A stretch of 64,000 nt of DNA from a phage: the sequence record PX441839.1; one strand, given 5' to 3'. This document shows positions 48,144-57,852 of the stretch, in pieces (position 1 is the stretch's first letter; every line of letters starts with the position of its first letter). Position numbers and translations under genes: made by a program. The notes under the pieces are model-generated. The model did not search any database and was not told the DNA's origin. It saw only the letters and a program-made list of their open reading frames with translations.

Positions 48144-48352
48144 TAAATATCCTCCACTCGTGCGACATAGTCGCCAGATTTGTTTATTCGTTTAGGTTTC
48201 TCAGAGTTACTTACTCTATACTCAATCGTTACCATAGTCAAACTTTTATTGTATCCAACAACCCTGCCAACTCCCAAACCGTGTCGTTGGAATTCAGAAA
48301 ATACTACCTTGTCTCCGACAAACAACTCAAGACCATTGACATCCTGGATCAT
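48143..48352 (-). CDS. Hypothetical protein
   Basis: 69 aa ORF. Confidence 0.35.
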   Translation of the reverse strand: MIQDVNGLELFVGDKVVFSEFQRHGLGVGRVVGYNKSLTMVTIEYRVSNSEKPKRINKSGDYVARVEDI

Positions 48353-49359
48353 TTCTTTCCTCGCTTCTTAAGTTTGTTGTGTCCATTACCACGGCGAATC
48401 TTCACCTGTTTCCAATCTTTTACTGGCTTTTCCACCTCGGCAATAGCGGAAAATTCATCAATGATATTTTTGCCAATTGGTTTACCAGCCTCCAGCAGTG
48501 CAACTTTATTGTATTTGGACATAAGGGTTTTTACCTTCTCAGAATCTAAAATTTCAACATTAGACAGATCCATGTCCTCTTTCCTCGCACCATACATTGT
48601 TTGGTACATTGCCGTCTTTAATGCAGTTTTTGTCCCAAAGTAAATTTCAACCTTGTACTCAGAAGCCAGCCTAATCAACCTCTTCATTACAGAGTCTATA
48701 TTGTTAATTGAGGATGCACAACCCGGTACTGACTCTACAAAAATAGGTGTCATGGGCCAACCTGTGTACTCAACAGTTGCTTTTGTTCTTTCCAGCATAC
48801 ACTCTAACCTTGTAAATTCATCTGGGTCTTCGACAAGGTCCGTAATTTTGAAAATAACAGGATGCTTGGTGGGAATATCCTGCATACATAGCTTCTCCAG
48901 TTCTTCCCAATCAACGCCGCTCTCCATGTCTAAATACAAATCACCATCCTTTGGGATCGACAATGTCTTTCCAGATGGGGATGTATTAGGGAGATAATTA
49001 TAGTTAAGCCGACCAGTTGGTCTACCGTCCCGTTTTTTAATGAAGTCAGCGTAGAGTTTATCACCATCCTCTAACACCTCATCAAACCAGACAAAACTGT
49101 TTACACCCAACTGATCGGTATCAGAAGTGAACTCAGATCCGGGGGTAGCGATAGCCCTTACATTTTTCAAATGATCACGAAAGAAAGGATCTGGAATAAA
49201 GAATTCCCTGCTTAGAAACATTCTTGATTTATTCTCATCTTCGTGGGTTGAGATGAGGGATTCTTCAAAATCATGACCTTTGGATTTGTAATTCATAAGT
49301 TTTAATTCCTTGTTTTGTTTTGATAAGGGGATATTACTCCCCTTTCTGACTCGTGTCAA
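48349..49359 (-). CDS. Hypothetical protein (336 aa)
   Basis: Long ORF with basic C-terminal tail. Confidence 0.4.
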   Translation of the reverse strand: MTRVRKGSNIPLSKQNKELKLMNYKSKGHDFEESLISTHEDENKSRMFLSREFFIPDPFFRDHLKNVRAIATPGSEFTSDTDQLGVNSFVWFDEVLEDGDKLYADFIKKRDGRPTGRLNYNYLPNTSPSGKTLSIPKDGDLYLDMESGVDWEELEKLCMQDIPTKHPVIFKITDLVEDPDEFTRLECMLERTKATVEYTGWPMTPIFVESVPGCASSINNIDSVMKRLIRLASEYKVEIYFGTKTALKTAMYQTMYGARKEDMDLSNVEILDSEKVKTLMSKYNKVALLEAGKPIGKNIIDEFSAIAEVEKPVKDWKQVKIRRGNGHNKLKKRGKK

Positions 49360-49362
49360 CAG

Positions 49363-49611
49363 CTATTTCATGAATATTTCTACGTGGAGCCAGGCATGAA
49401 TCAAAGTGTCCGCAATTAAATACATCACAAAGGCCATCAAAGGAATGATCAGGATGTCAGCTTTCTTAACTGAGCTTCGTGTTTCCTTTTTGCACAAACC
49501 CCAAGTTGTTTTCAGAATGTGAAATGCATCATAAGCAAACAAAGCAATAGCTGAGATAATGCCCCACATAACCAAGGTAGATACAGAATCAGGTAATGAA
49601 ATAATGGTCAT
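49363..49611 (-). CDS. Small two-TM membrane protein, paralog 1
   Basis: Related to the next gene (shared WGI...ALF...KKETR core). Confidence 0.4.
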   Translation of the reverse strand: MTIISLPDSVSTLVMWGIISAIALFAYDAFHILKTTWGLCKKETRSSVKKADILIIPLMAFVMYLIADTLIHAWLHVEIFMK

Positions 49612-49620
49612 AATTGCCCC

Positions 49621-49851
49621 TTAAAAGTTAATGATTGCTAAAGACTTTAGGATCGCCGCAGGGACGATGAAAATACAAACCACCCGAATCAACATCGCAA
49701 CCAAGGATCTGCGAGACACGCGATGACGGGTCTCCTTCTTCATCAGCCACTTGGTCTTCTTCACGGCATCTCGCATAACGTAGAAAAACAACGCCAAACT
49801 AAGGACAATACCCCATAAGTAAACAATTAAGAACGCCTCAAAAGATGTCAT
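49621..49851 (-). CDS. Small two-TM membrane protein, paralog 2
   Basis: ATG overlaps upstream stop (ATGA); paralog of 49363-49611. Confidence 0.4.
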   Translation of the reverse strand: MTSFEAFLIVYLWGIVLSLALFFYVMRDAVKKTKWLMKKETRHRVSRRSLVAMLIRVVCIFIVPAAILKSLAIINF

Positions 49852-50132
49852 TTCAAATCTTCCTCTGCCCAATATTCATTAAAAGATGGGACATAGTATG
49901 TCCAACATCCGCCAATATTCATCATTCCGACATTTAAAGATTCAAACCACAAAATGTTTGTAATCTGGACAGTAAAGATCTCGCCTGTTTCTGGATGAAC
50001 ACCAGATACAGTTTCTCCAACCTTAAACTTGGGGAGTGGAACACCCATCGAAATCAACTCCTTCTCCCTTGCCACAGGCTCCCTTCCGAAAATAGCCGAC
50101 AGGGAGGAGTCTTTAATTTCAAAACTTGTCAC
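49848..50132 (-). CDS. Hypothetical protein
   Basis: GTG start with AAGGAGG SD. Confidence 0.35.
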   Translation of the reverse strand: MTSFEIKDSSLSAIFGREPVAREKELISMGVPLPKFKVGETVSGVHPETGEIFTVQITNILWFESLNVGMMNIGGCWTYYVPSFNEYWAEEDLK

Positions 50133-50133
50133 T

Positions 50134-50364
50134 TTAAACCTCCTTGAAAGATGCAAAGATGTGAGTAGGTTTACCGTTTGGGCCGTTTCCACCACCCATT
50201 ACGTAACTGCCATCCTCCATTTTCTCCACGTATGCAACATCTTCGTCGTCTCCGATTACCGACCACATATTAAAAGAAGGCATGAAGTTACCACGGTAAA
50301 ACTTACCAACCGTGAAGTCAACAGCTTCACTTCTTGATTCTACGCACATTAAATTCTTGTCCAT
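50134..50364 (-). CDS. Hypothetical protein
   Basis: 76 aa ORF. Confidence 0.35.
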   Translation of the reverse strand: MDKNLMCVESRSEAVDFTVGKFYRGNFMPSFNMWSVIGDDEDVAYVEKMEDGSYVMGGGNGPNGKPTHIFASFKEV

Positions 50365-50365
50365 A

Positions 50366-51286
50366 TCATACCACCTTTTTCAAATTCTTAACCAGGTCTG
50401 CAACTGACAATCCAGTTGTTGTCACCAACTCATTAAGGGCATGAGCAGCCTTTTCTTCGGCAAACTTGAGATTACCTGCCTCAATTGCCTTGGATTTGTC
50501 CATAATAACTGGAGACATGTTCTCTGTCAACTCCTTACCAGTGATAAAGCAACGCTTCGCTCGATATGCCGCCTTGAAATGAGCAAAGGAGATTGTAATC
50601 TCGTGATTATGCTTTGCCAAGAAGCGCAGTAGTCCCGCATATCTCTCAGCAATGATCACATCATCAGGAACAGAATTAACAATAACCTTCTCTTTAGGTG
50701 TGGCAGACTCCTGGTCCTCGACCACCTTTTCAACTTCCACCTTGTGATCCCCTAATCCATGTAATGTAATAGTTTCTTTTTCTTCGTTACGAATTTCCAC
50801 AAGTTCACCCTCTTCGTTGATTGCATATTCAAAATCTGGAATATATTTAGTTTTCAGGTATTCCATGTGTTCTGGAGACATATGCTCAAACATGGCTTTT
50901 ACGTATCTTTGCTCACCAGCCTGGATCGTTGCCTTTCGATCAACCTTATCGATAAGCTGGTCCTTGAGTTGATTAACCCGTTGTATGGCAACACAGACAT
51001 TGCCACGGACATAGCCCTTTTTATCATCGATCCTTTCAAGTGTTGGGTGCTCAGACTGATGGATACTCCCAACAGGGAATGGAAGATCAGTGTAGTCGCA
51101 ATTCCCTCTACCACAGAGCTTTTCTGCCAACATTTTTATGTCAGAGAGAGTGAGCGTAAATTCCAAGCCCCTGTCGTTTGCCTCTTTTCTTTTACGAGCC
51201 ATTCGGTTACGAAGGTACTCGCCATCTTCTCCGAAGATTTGTACAAAGTGACTTGAGCAGAAATTTTGGTGGTCTAATATTTGCAT
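50366..51286 (-). CDS. Hypothetical protein (306 aa)
   Basis: Long ORF, no confident motif. Confidence 0.4.
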   Translation of the reverse strand: MQILDHQNFCSSHFVQIFGEDGEYLRNRMARKRKEANDRGLEFTLTLSDIKMLAEKLCGRGNCDYTDLPFPVGSIHQSEHPTLERIDDKKGYVRGNVCVAIQRVNQLKDQLIDKVDRKATIQAGEQRYVKAMFEHMSPEHMEYLKTKYIPDFEYAINEEGELVEIRNEEKETITLHGLGDHKVEVEKVVEDQESATPKEKVIVNSVPDDVIIAERYAGLLRFLAKHNHEITISFAHFKAAYRAKRCFITGKELTENMSPVIMDKSKAIEAGNLKFAEEKAAHALNELVTTTGLSVADLVKNLKKVV

Positions 51287-51366
51287 TTTTAAATTACCTT
51301 GTTTGCTTGATGTAGCTATAATACTCCCTGTTTACCCTGTTGTCAACATCTAATTTCCTTCGGGTC

Positions 51367-51876
51367 TCAATTTTCAACTTCCACACCACCCCTTAAGGTT
51401 ACACCAGCCTCTTCAAGGGTTCGGGCAGGGTCTGCATGTCGTCCCGTAAGACCACTGATCAACCGTTCAGTTTTCCTATTCAAAACCTCCCTTACAACCT
51501 CTGGATTGATCTTTGGCATACACTCTCGGCGCAGACGTTTAGATTCTTCGTAAGCATCATCAAGAACACCTTGGATTTTCTTTTCAACTTCCAAGGAATC
51601 CATAGCATCTTTACACACGCAAGTGTGTCCAACAACATCATAATCCCCGTGATAAATGTATGGTTGCAGAGGGAGACCCCTGTTTCCACAGTACGCACAA
51701 ATAGGGGTTCCTCCGTCCATAATCATCAGAGTCTTTTTGGCACCACATTGGGAGTTCCAGTGATAACGGAAGTCTTCTTTTCCACAGTATCCGAAGCGGA
51801 AGTAATCTTTTGCACGGTCGTCAACATACTCTGGATAATTTTTCATATTTGTTCCTCTCGTCATTTGATTCAGCAA
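51367..51876 (-). CDS. Cys-rich (possible zinc-binding) protein, first gene of the leftward unit
   Basis: CAYCG...HTCVCKD motifs; directly downstream of a consensus promoter. Confidence 0.4.
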   Translation of the reverse strand: MLNQMTRGTNMKNYPEYVDDRAKDYFRFGYCGKEDFRYHWNSQCGAKKTLMIMDGGTPICAYCGNRGLPLQPYIYHGDYDVVGHTCVCKDAMDSLEVEKKIQGVLDDAYEESKRLRRECMPKINPEVVREVLNRKTERLISGLTGRHADPARTLEEAGVTLRGGVEVEN

Positions 51877-51904
51877 TACTAATCTATACCTTGCCGCATG
51901 TCAA
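51876..51904 (-). promoter_or_regulatory. Sigma70-like promoter for the leftward operon
   Basis: On the minus strand: TTGACA, 17-nt spacer, TAGTAT. Confidence 0.5.
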
Positions 51905-51928
51905 ACAATATTTTAAAGCTTAAGTGTA

Positions 51929-51957
51929 TTGACACCTTAAGAATATTGTACAATAAT
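51929..51957 (+). promoter_or_regulatory. Sigma70-like promoter for the rightward island (divergent from the previous one)
   Basis: TTGACA, 17-nt spacer, AATAAT; AAGGAG SD and ATG follow at 51975-51988. Confidence 0.45.
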
Positions 51958-51985
51958 GTCGTCACACAAACACAAGGAGAAACAG

Positions 51986-52543
51986 ATGAATAAATTATCG
52001 CCAGAAAAACAACTTGCCCTTATGATTAAACTTGCAGCAGATGGGCATCTTGACCAGTTCGACAAAGGGGGTCGTCCTTATGTTCTTCACGTATTAAAGG
52101 TTATGCATTATCTCAAAGAGAAGAGTGACGATGAGCTTAATTGCATTGCGGTAGGACATGATTTACTAGAGGATACCTTGATGGACATGTTCACTCTACA
52201 AAATCTGGGATTCTCTGTCCGAGTTATCGATGGGATTGTACGTCTTACGAAGGTTTCATCTGATAATGATGTTTCCTACATGTATCGGGTCCTGGATAGT
52301 TTCGATGCTTGTCGCGTCAAGTTGGCAGATCTGCGACACAATACAGATATTCGCCGTTTGAAAGGTGTCCGAGAAAAAGACTTGAAACGTATGGCAAAGT
52401 ATCATAAAATGCACCTCAGCATCAGTGAGATGATCAAGTGGTATGAAGAAAACAACTTGAAAAATTACACTTACCCTGGGGATTACTTTACAGAAAAAGA
52501 TGAGAAAATTGAGGAGATTATGAATGCGTATAAGGGTGGTTAA
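51986..52543 (+). CDS. Small alarmone hydrolase (RelA/SpoT-type HD domain)
   Basis: GRPYVLHVLKV..., IAVGHDLLEDT and VKLADLRHN match the SpoT/Mesh1 hydrolase signature; start set to the ATG with a proper SD because the upstream ATG lies in the -10 box. Confidence 0.7.
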   Translation: MNKLSPEKQLALMIKLAADGHLDQFDKGGRPYVLHVLKVMHYLKEKSDDELNCIAVGHDLLEDTLMDMFTLQNLGFSVRVIDGIVRLTKVSSDNDVSYMYRVLDSFDACRVKLADLRHNTDIRRLKGVREKDLKRMAKYHKMHLSISEMIKWYEENNLKNYTYPGDYFTEKDEKIEEIMNAYKGG

Positions 52544-52677
52544 TGGACCGGAGGGGAGTCGGTTTTCTCCTGAGGTTTTGTACGAGGTTTACAACTTCTT
52601 TCCGGGGTTGAACAAAGCTTTCGTATTCGACGATAGTTCAGAGTCATATTTTCTTTGGGAATTGGAGTGGAGGGAAG

Positions 52678-52866
52678 ATGAAGGTTGAATTTGCAAAAAC
52701 ATCCGGTGGGTACTTGTCTGATGTAATCCATACAACTCCTGACTGGATTTGCCCCCGTAAAGGTGAGATTATTCATCTTAACGATAAAAACTGGAGTGTG
52801 GAACAAGTTTTCCATGAAATTGAAAGAAATTCCTTAATCATTTACGTTGAGGCTTGCTATGGGTAA
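52678..52866 (+). CDS. Hypothetical small protein
   Basis: 62 aa ORF with SD. Confidence 0.3.
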   Translation: MKVEFAKTSGGYLSDVIHTTPDWICPRKGEIIHLNDKNWSVEQVFHEIERNSLIIYVEACYG

Positions 52867-53392
52867 AATTACACACAGTTTTCAGTCGAAGTTTAGCTCC
52901 TATGTTGGAAAATTGAACTCTTGGGCACATCTGTGCGATGTTGGTGAGGATAAGGAGATACCAGAGGGCAAGGTGAAAATCACCTCCTTAGGTTGTCGGT
53001 TTGACAAGGTAGAACCAAAAGAGGTGTACTCGATCTGGGCGCTTCTTGATGCAACAGTCCCTGGTTGGAAGGGTGATTACCAGTTTGAATACTCGAGGGA
53101 TGAATTCCTAACCTGCTCTTGTGGTCATGGCGGGTGTGCTGGATACTTCAATGGTATACGTATCCACAAGAAAAAGAAAGCTTATCGGTTGACGGGTAAA
53201 AAGAAAGACGGTTATACTAAAGGTGTTGTTGGGACAGGGCATCAGGTGGTGTATCTGTCCCGTGAAGAGGTGGAATCAGTCCGAGATGAGTTCTTAGATA
53301 TGTTTAAAAAGGACCTGAATGGTATTTTCCAAATCAACGATATGTTCATCACTGGGGCATATGGCCTTAAACGTTGGGGGACCAAGAAGTGA
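52859..53392 (+). CDS. Cys-rich hypothetical protein
   Basis: CSCGHGGCAGY motif; internal ATG with GAGG SD. Confidence 0.4.
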   Translation: MGKITHSFQSKFSSYVGKLNSWAHLCDVGEDKEIPEGKVKITSLGCRFDKVEPKEVYSIWALLDATVPGWKGDYQFEYSRDEFLTCSCGHGGCAGYFNGIRIHKKKKAYRLTGKKKDGYTKGVVGTGHQVVYLSREEVESVRDEFLDMFKKDLNGIFQINDMFITGAYGLKRWGTKK

Positions 53393-54000
53393 AGCGTACC
53401 AAAAACATCAACAAATCTCGTTTTCGAAAATCTTTTACAGGTGCGGCGGTTGCAGTGGCATTGACGTTCTCCTTGTCTGCTTGTGAACAGGCAGATGAGA
53501 CAGTAAAATTCTACCAGAATGCAGAGGAGTGTGTCACTGGTGGAAATCCCGCTGAAACATGTAAATTGGCAGAAGAACAAGCAAAAAAGGTTGCTACAGA
53601 GACGGCCCCTCGGTTTGCGACACTTGAGGATTGCCGAGCCGAATTTGGAGACATGTGTCAAAACAATAGTTCAGGGGGGAATTCGGATTCCCCGTGGATG
53701 CCCTTGATGATGGGGTATATGCTTGGAAACATGATGAGCAATAACGGTAGCAACCACTACTACCACAACAGTTCCCCGATGTATAAGTCAAAATCAGGGA
53801 AGTGGATGGACAATAAGTTCAGGAGTTATAATGTAACACCTGGTAAAACGTTTAAAGTTACAAAGTCAGCGATCAATCCAAAGGCACAGGCACCAAAGAG
53901 TACAATCAGTGGAAGCAAAAAGTCATCTTCCTCTTTTAAGTCAACCACAACAACTCGGGGTGGTTTCGGTAGTTCAGTTGGCCGCAGCAGCGGCGGATAA
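53389..54000 (+). CDS. Putative lipoprotein (Ser/Asn/Gly-rich)
   Basis: GTG start overlapping the upstream stop; signal-like AAVAVALTFSLSAC with lipobox LSAC. Confidence 0.45.
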   Translation: MKRTKNINKSRFRKSFTGAAVAVALTFSLSACEQADETVKFYQNAEECVTGGNPAETCKLAEEQAKKVATETAPRFATLEDCRAEFGDMCQNNSSGGNSDSPWMPLMMGYMLGNMMSNNGSNHYYHNSSPMYKSKSGKWMDNKFRSYNVTPGKTFKVTKSAINPKAQAPKSTISGSKKSSSSFKSTTTTRGGFGSSVGRSSGG

Positions 54001-54013
54001 TTTGGAGGTTTTT

Positions 54014-54331
54014 GTGAAAAAGATTCAAGTAAATAATGTTTTGGCACCTCAGACGATTCTGGTTCTGGTTCAGAAAAATGTCGGTAAGTCAAATACATAT
54101 ACAACACTTTACCGTTCAAGTGAAAATAAGATTAGCCATAATGTTAAAAATTATTGGGGGAATGGGTGGGACTCATCATTTTCTAAATTCTTTGTACAAA
54201 ACTGGCATGAACATTGGCTACCAGTGGATATTTCGAATGAGAAGTTTACTCATGTATCTATCGTTCGACCAAATGACAAAACCCGCAAAATTAAGCGTTG
54301 GATTAAAAATGCAGCAAAACGATTAAAATGA
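54014..54331 (+). CDS. Hypothetical basic protein
   Basis: GTG start 5 nt after a GGAGG SD. Confidence 0.35.
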   Translation: MKKIQVNNVLAPQTILVLVQKNVGKSNTYTTLYRSSENKISHNVKNYWGNGWDSSFSKFFVQNWHEHWLPVDISNEKFTHVSIVRPNDKTRKIKRWIKNAAKRLK

Positions 54332-54389
54332 GTTGACTTGACTAAAAGGGGCGTGTAAAGTGCCCCTGTTATTTCAATAAGGAGAAGAT

Positions 54390-55610
54390 ATGACAATCAA
54401 AACATATGAACGAGTATCGCAGAGCGTATTTAAAAAACGAATTAACATCCGTCAAATGTACGATATGATGCTTCTTGGTAAAATGATCGGTAAGACTGTG
54501 TTCTTCTACGGCGGCGCTGGCCTTGGTAAGTCTCAAAAGATGCGCCAAGTAGCGGATATTTTGTTTCCGCACCGAATTGGGGATAACCTTGTCGATGTCC
54601 GGTTGTCCGATAAGGAACCCCAAGATATTGCAGGGATTCAGATCCCGATTGAACTGCCAGATGGGACTGCTCGCACCGTTTATGCTGTCCCTGACTTTTG
54701 GCCCACAGATCCAGATTGGGAAGGGATCATCTTTTTAGATGAACTTCCTAATGCTGGTCCGGCAACCCAGCAAAGTTCTTACCAAGTTGTTTTGGATCAT
54801 ATTGCGGGTAGTCATGTGTTCCCGAAGGGTGCTATTTACGCTGGGGCAGGGAACCGAGACTCTGACAATGGTAACACTCATGAGATCCTCGGTCCTTTAG
54901 TTAACCGAATGATGATGTGTGAGATTGATTATGACTTGGATATCTGGATCGAGGATTTTGCAATCCCTTTCCGAATCCACCCGATGGTTATTGGATTCTT
55001 AAAGAACTTTCCACATCATTTCTACACAGGTGATGTTGAAAACCGATCAACAGTCGTATTTGCCTCACCTCGTCAGTGGGAAACAGTCTCTAAGATTCTG
55101 TTTTGCCTGGATGAAAAACTGATCAGTACAGAGATTGCAGAGATCGCCATCTGCGGTTCAGTTGGAGAGGGCCTTGATACTGAGCTTCTGGCATACTATA
55201 AGAGAGCTAAGACTCTACCTGACTTGGAGGATATTTTCTCCGGTAAAGTTACCAAGCACAAGATCCCTCATGAGGATATGGATCTGGTGTATGTTCTGTC
55301 TCAGATTTCTATCCGTAAGATCGAAGATGAGATTATGAATAATAACATGTCAGATGAAGATGTTATTGAACGTGTTGGCAACTTCTTGACCTTCATGTAC
55401 GAAAACTACGGAAAGGAAAACAGAGATACCGTGATGGCAATGATCACCTCTCTCTTCCGAGCACCGACAGGGCAAACTCCAGTTCTTCAAATGAACCCTC
55501 GTCGCAGTAAAATGGGGCCGCTTCTCCGCAAGCGTACTCCAACAATGATGAAGGTGGTAATGGACTACATGACCCGTTACGGTTCAATCATGGCGGACTT
55601 TGAAAAGTAA
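54390..55610 (+). CDS. AAA+ ATPase (MoxR/CobS-like)
   Basis: Walker A GGAGLGKSQ, Walker B IIFLDELPNA, sensor-1-like AGAGN. Confidence 0.6.
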   Translation: MTIKTYERVSQSVFKKRINIRQMYDMMLLGKMIGKTVFFYGGAGLGKSQKMRQVADILFPHRIGDNLVDVRLSDKEPQDIAGIQIPIELPDGTARTVYAVPDFWPTDPDWEGIIFLDELPNAGPATQQSSYQVVLDHIAGSHVFPKGAIYAGAGNRDSDNGNTHEILGPLVNRMMMCEIDYDLDIWIEDFAIPFRIHPMVIGFLKNFPHHFYTGDVENRSTVVFASPRQWETVSKILFCLDEKLISTEIAEIAICGSVGEGLDTELLAYYKRAKTLPDLEDIFSGKVTKHKIPHEDMDLVYVLSQISIRKIEDEIMNNNMSDEDVIERVGNFLTFMYENYGKENRDTVMAMITSLFRAPTGQTPVLQMNPRRSKMGPLLRKRTPTMMKVVMDYMTRYGSIMADFEK

Positions 55611-55613
55611 TTG

Positions 55614-55641
55614 TTGACTTTGATTAATTGGCTATTAGAAT
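55614..55641 (+). promoter_or_regulatory. Possible sigma70-like promoter
   Basis: TTGACT, 16-nt spacer, TAGAAT, followed by a hairpin and T-run. Confidence 0.3.
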
Positions 55642-55683
55642 AGGGGTGTCCGAAAGGGCATCCCTTTTTTATTTGGAGGATAT

Positions 55684-57237
55684 ATGGATTTTGAAAGTAT
55701 CATGAGTGATGAAGAACTTACCCTTGCGAACAGTGTCGATGATGAGGCTAGGAAACTTCTAGAGGCAGCTAGTCTACAGCTTATGCGTTATCGACCTTTC
55801 TACGGCACTCTGCTTGCGTCTATGCCTGTGAAAAGGGCAACAGAGTGGTTGTCCACTATGGCAACAGACGGGAGGAACCTGTACTACTCTCCTGAGTTTA
55901 TCGCTGGTATGACTCCAGAGAGAAAACAAGCAGTTTTTAAAAGAATTGACTATCTACAAACAGATCCTAAAAAGAACAAGGAGTTGAAAACTTATATTGA
56001 TGTTTTCTACAGAAGAAAGACTGCAAGAGAGGTTTGCTTTGTGTTGCAACATGAAGTAAGGCACGTTGTTGCAGACCATGCTACTCGTGGCAGAGGTTTT
56101 GATCACAAAACTTACAACTGTGCAGCAGACCATTATATCAATACCGATTTGATCATTGTCCATTCCAAATCCAGTGATATTGGTCAAGCTTGGTTTCCCC
56201 TTGGCAGCAAAACAAAATGGGATCTGGACAAAGAGTGGGGATTCATGCACTACGCCCTCGCTGATTTTCGATTCCACGGTATGCATACGGAAGAGATTTA
56301 CGACATACTCAAGAAAGAGGACCAAGTAAAACTTATGGGCCTCAAAGGGGCAGACCAACACCAGGGTTCGAATGGGAAGATGGGTACTGAAAACCAAGAT
56401 CGTGCCAGTGATGAAGGAGATGGTGGGGAGGAACAAAAAGAAGGTGAATTGGGACAAGGTGACGTATCAGATGCATTGGGTATTGATGTCCATGCACAAC
56501 CTACCTGCTCCAGTGAACAAAAACAGGCCAATGATACAGTGATGAGACAGGCCATAGAGAATGCTGTCAAAGCTGCTGGGGCAGGTGCTCCTCCAGAGGC
56601 CCGTGAGTTCGTAGAGGAAGCAGGGAAGCCTAAAATAAATTACCTAAGGCTGATTCGTAGAACAGTCGAAAGAATGATGAAAGAGCACCTTTCTTATCGA
56701 CGACCAGCAAGACGTAGTTTTGGTCTTACGAAAGCATTGCGTCGTGGAGGGTACATTCCACGCAACCAGAGCGTCATCCTGCCTGGGAAGATTAAGGGTA
56801 AGACAATCCGCTGTCATATCGGTTTTGACGTCTCAGGATCGTTTACAGACGACCTGCTGGCACCAACAAGGAGGGAGATCTCCGGTCTGTGTGGACTTTA
56901 CGAAGACTTTGAGGTAACATTGTTTTGTTGGTCAACAAAGGTTGGCAACTTGGTTCGCTACACAAAGGATAACTTCCGAGCTATCAAGGATTACAAGATC
57001 CAAACAACGGGAGGGACTGATGTTAGATGTGTGTTCAATAAGCTAGATGAGTTGAAAGAACCAATTGATCAGGTGATCATCTACACTGATGGTGTGTTCG
57101 GTGATGTTTCCAAAGAGAAAGATTGGGCCAAGAAGTATGGTAACAAGACGCTTTGGGTGATCATCGACCGAGGTCGGAAGAAAGAATGGAAAGCTCCATT
57201 CGGTAAAGTTATTATGTTTGACAAATACTTAAAGTAA
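55684..57237 (+). CDS. vWA-domain protein with N-terminal HExxH region (partner of the AAA+ ATPase)
   Basis: HEVRH zinc-peptidase-like motif in the N-terminal half; MIDAS-like DVSGS in IGFDVSGSF in the C-terminal half. Confidence 0.5.
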   Translation: MDFESIMSDEELTLANSVDDEARKLLEAASLQLMRYRPFYGTLLASMPVKRATEWLSTMATDGRNLYYSPEFIAGMTPERKQAVFKRIDYLQTDPKKNKELKTYIDVFYRRKTAREVCFVLQHEVRHVVADHATRGRGFDHKTYNCAADHYINTDLIIVHSKSSDIGQAWFPLGSKTKWDLDKEWGFMHYALADFRFHGMHTEEIYDILKKEDQVKLMGLKGADQHQGSNGKMGTENQDRASDEGDGGEEQKEGELGQGDVSDALGIDVHAQPTCSSEQKQANDTVMRQAIENAVKAAGAGAPPEAREFVEEAGKPKINYLRLIRRTVERMMKEHLSYRRPARRSFGLTKALRRGGYIPRNQSVILPGKIKGKTIRCHIGFDVSGSFTDDLLAPTRREISGLCGLYEDFEVTLFCWSTKVGNLVRYTKDNFRAIKDYKIQTTGGTDVRCVFNKLDELKEPIDQVIIYTDGVFGDVSKEKDWAKKYGNKTLWVIIDRGRKKEWKAPFGKVIMFDKYLK

Positions 57238-57245
57238 GGGGTTTT

Positions 57246-57629
57246 ATGCTTCAATACAGCCACAAATTGGATGTAGGTAAGATTGGAACTTGTTTATCTG
57301 TATACGCCCTCACGGAGGAGGGCAATATCCACATGACTTACAGTGTTACCCTCAATGGTAAAGGGTTTAAGATAGATCGGTGGTACGAGGATGACCCGAG
57401 CCAAATCACAGAGGTTTGTGATTTTGATTCCTTCCTGTACCCGGATCGTATCGAAGACGGTGAAGTGGACATGGTGATCATGTTGATGGGTTCCAACATA
57501 AAAACTGATCGTTTGATTATCGATCTGTGTTCAATGTTGTGCGCTCAGTATGCGGCAGGGCATAGTGAAGAAGCCTTGTTTAAAACTGTCAATGATTCGA
57601 TTAAATATTGGTCAGAATCTGGAGACTGA
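57246..57629 (+). CDS. Hypothetical protein
   Basis: 127 aa ORF. Confidence 0.4.
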   Translation: MLQYSHKLDVGKIGTCLSVYALTEEGNIHMTYSVTLNGKGFKIDRWYEDDPSQITEVCDFDSFLYPDRIEDGEVDMVIMLMGSNIKTDRLIIDLCSMLCAQYAAGHSEEALFKTVNDSIKYWSESGD

Positions 57630-57794
57630 TGCATGTGCCCCGAAAGGCACACAATACTTATATTAAGATCTATAAACACTCACACTCCATCCGTCGTTTA
57701 CCGTGTTTATTAATGATCTTATAAAAACTTCGTTACACTCACCCATTCGGGCTTCGGTTTTTATAGTCTTTTTAAAGATCTTTATGAATTGTGG

Positions 57795-57823
57795 TTGACA
57801 ACCACATTGGTTATGATTACTAT
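57795..57823 (+). promoter_or_regulatory. Sigma70-like promoter
   Basis: TTGACA, 17-nt spacer, TACTAT; TAGGAG SD and ATG follow. Confidence 0.5.
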
Positions 57824-57852
57824 TGTATCAAAGAAAAGCATAGGAGATTGAA

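Noticed and set aside
51956-51985. Upstream ATG of the alarmone hydrolase ORF
   Set aside because: This ATG sits inside the -10 box of the promoter and lacks an SD; the in-frame ATG at 51986 has AAGGAG at proper spacing.
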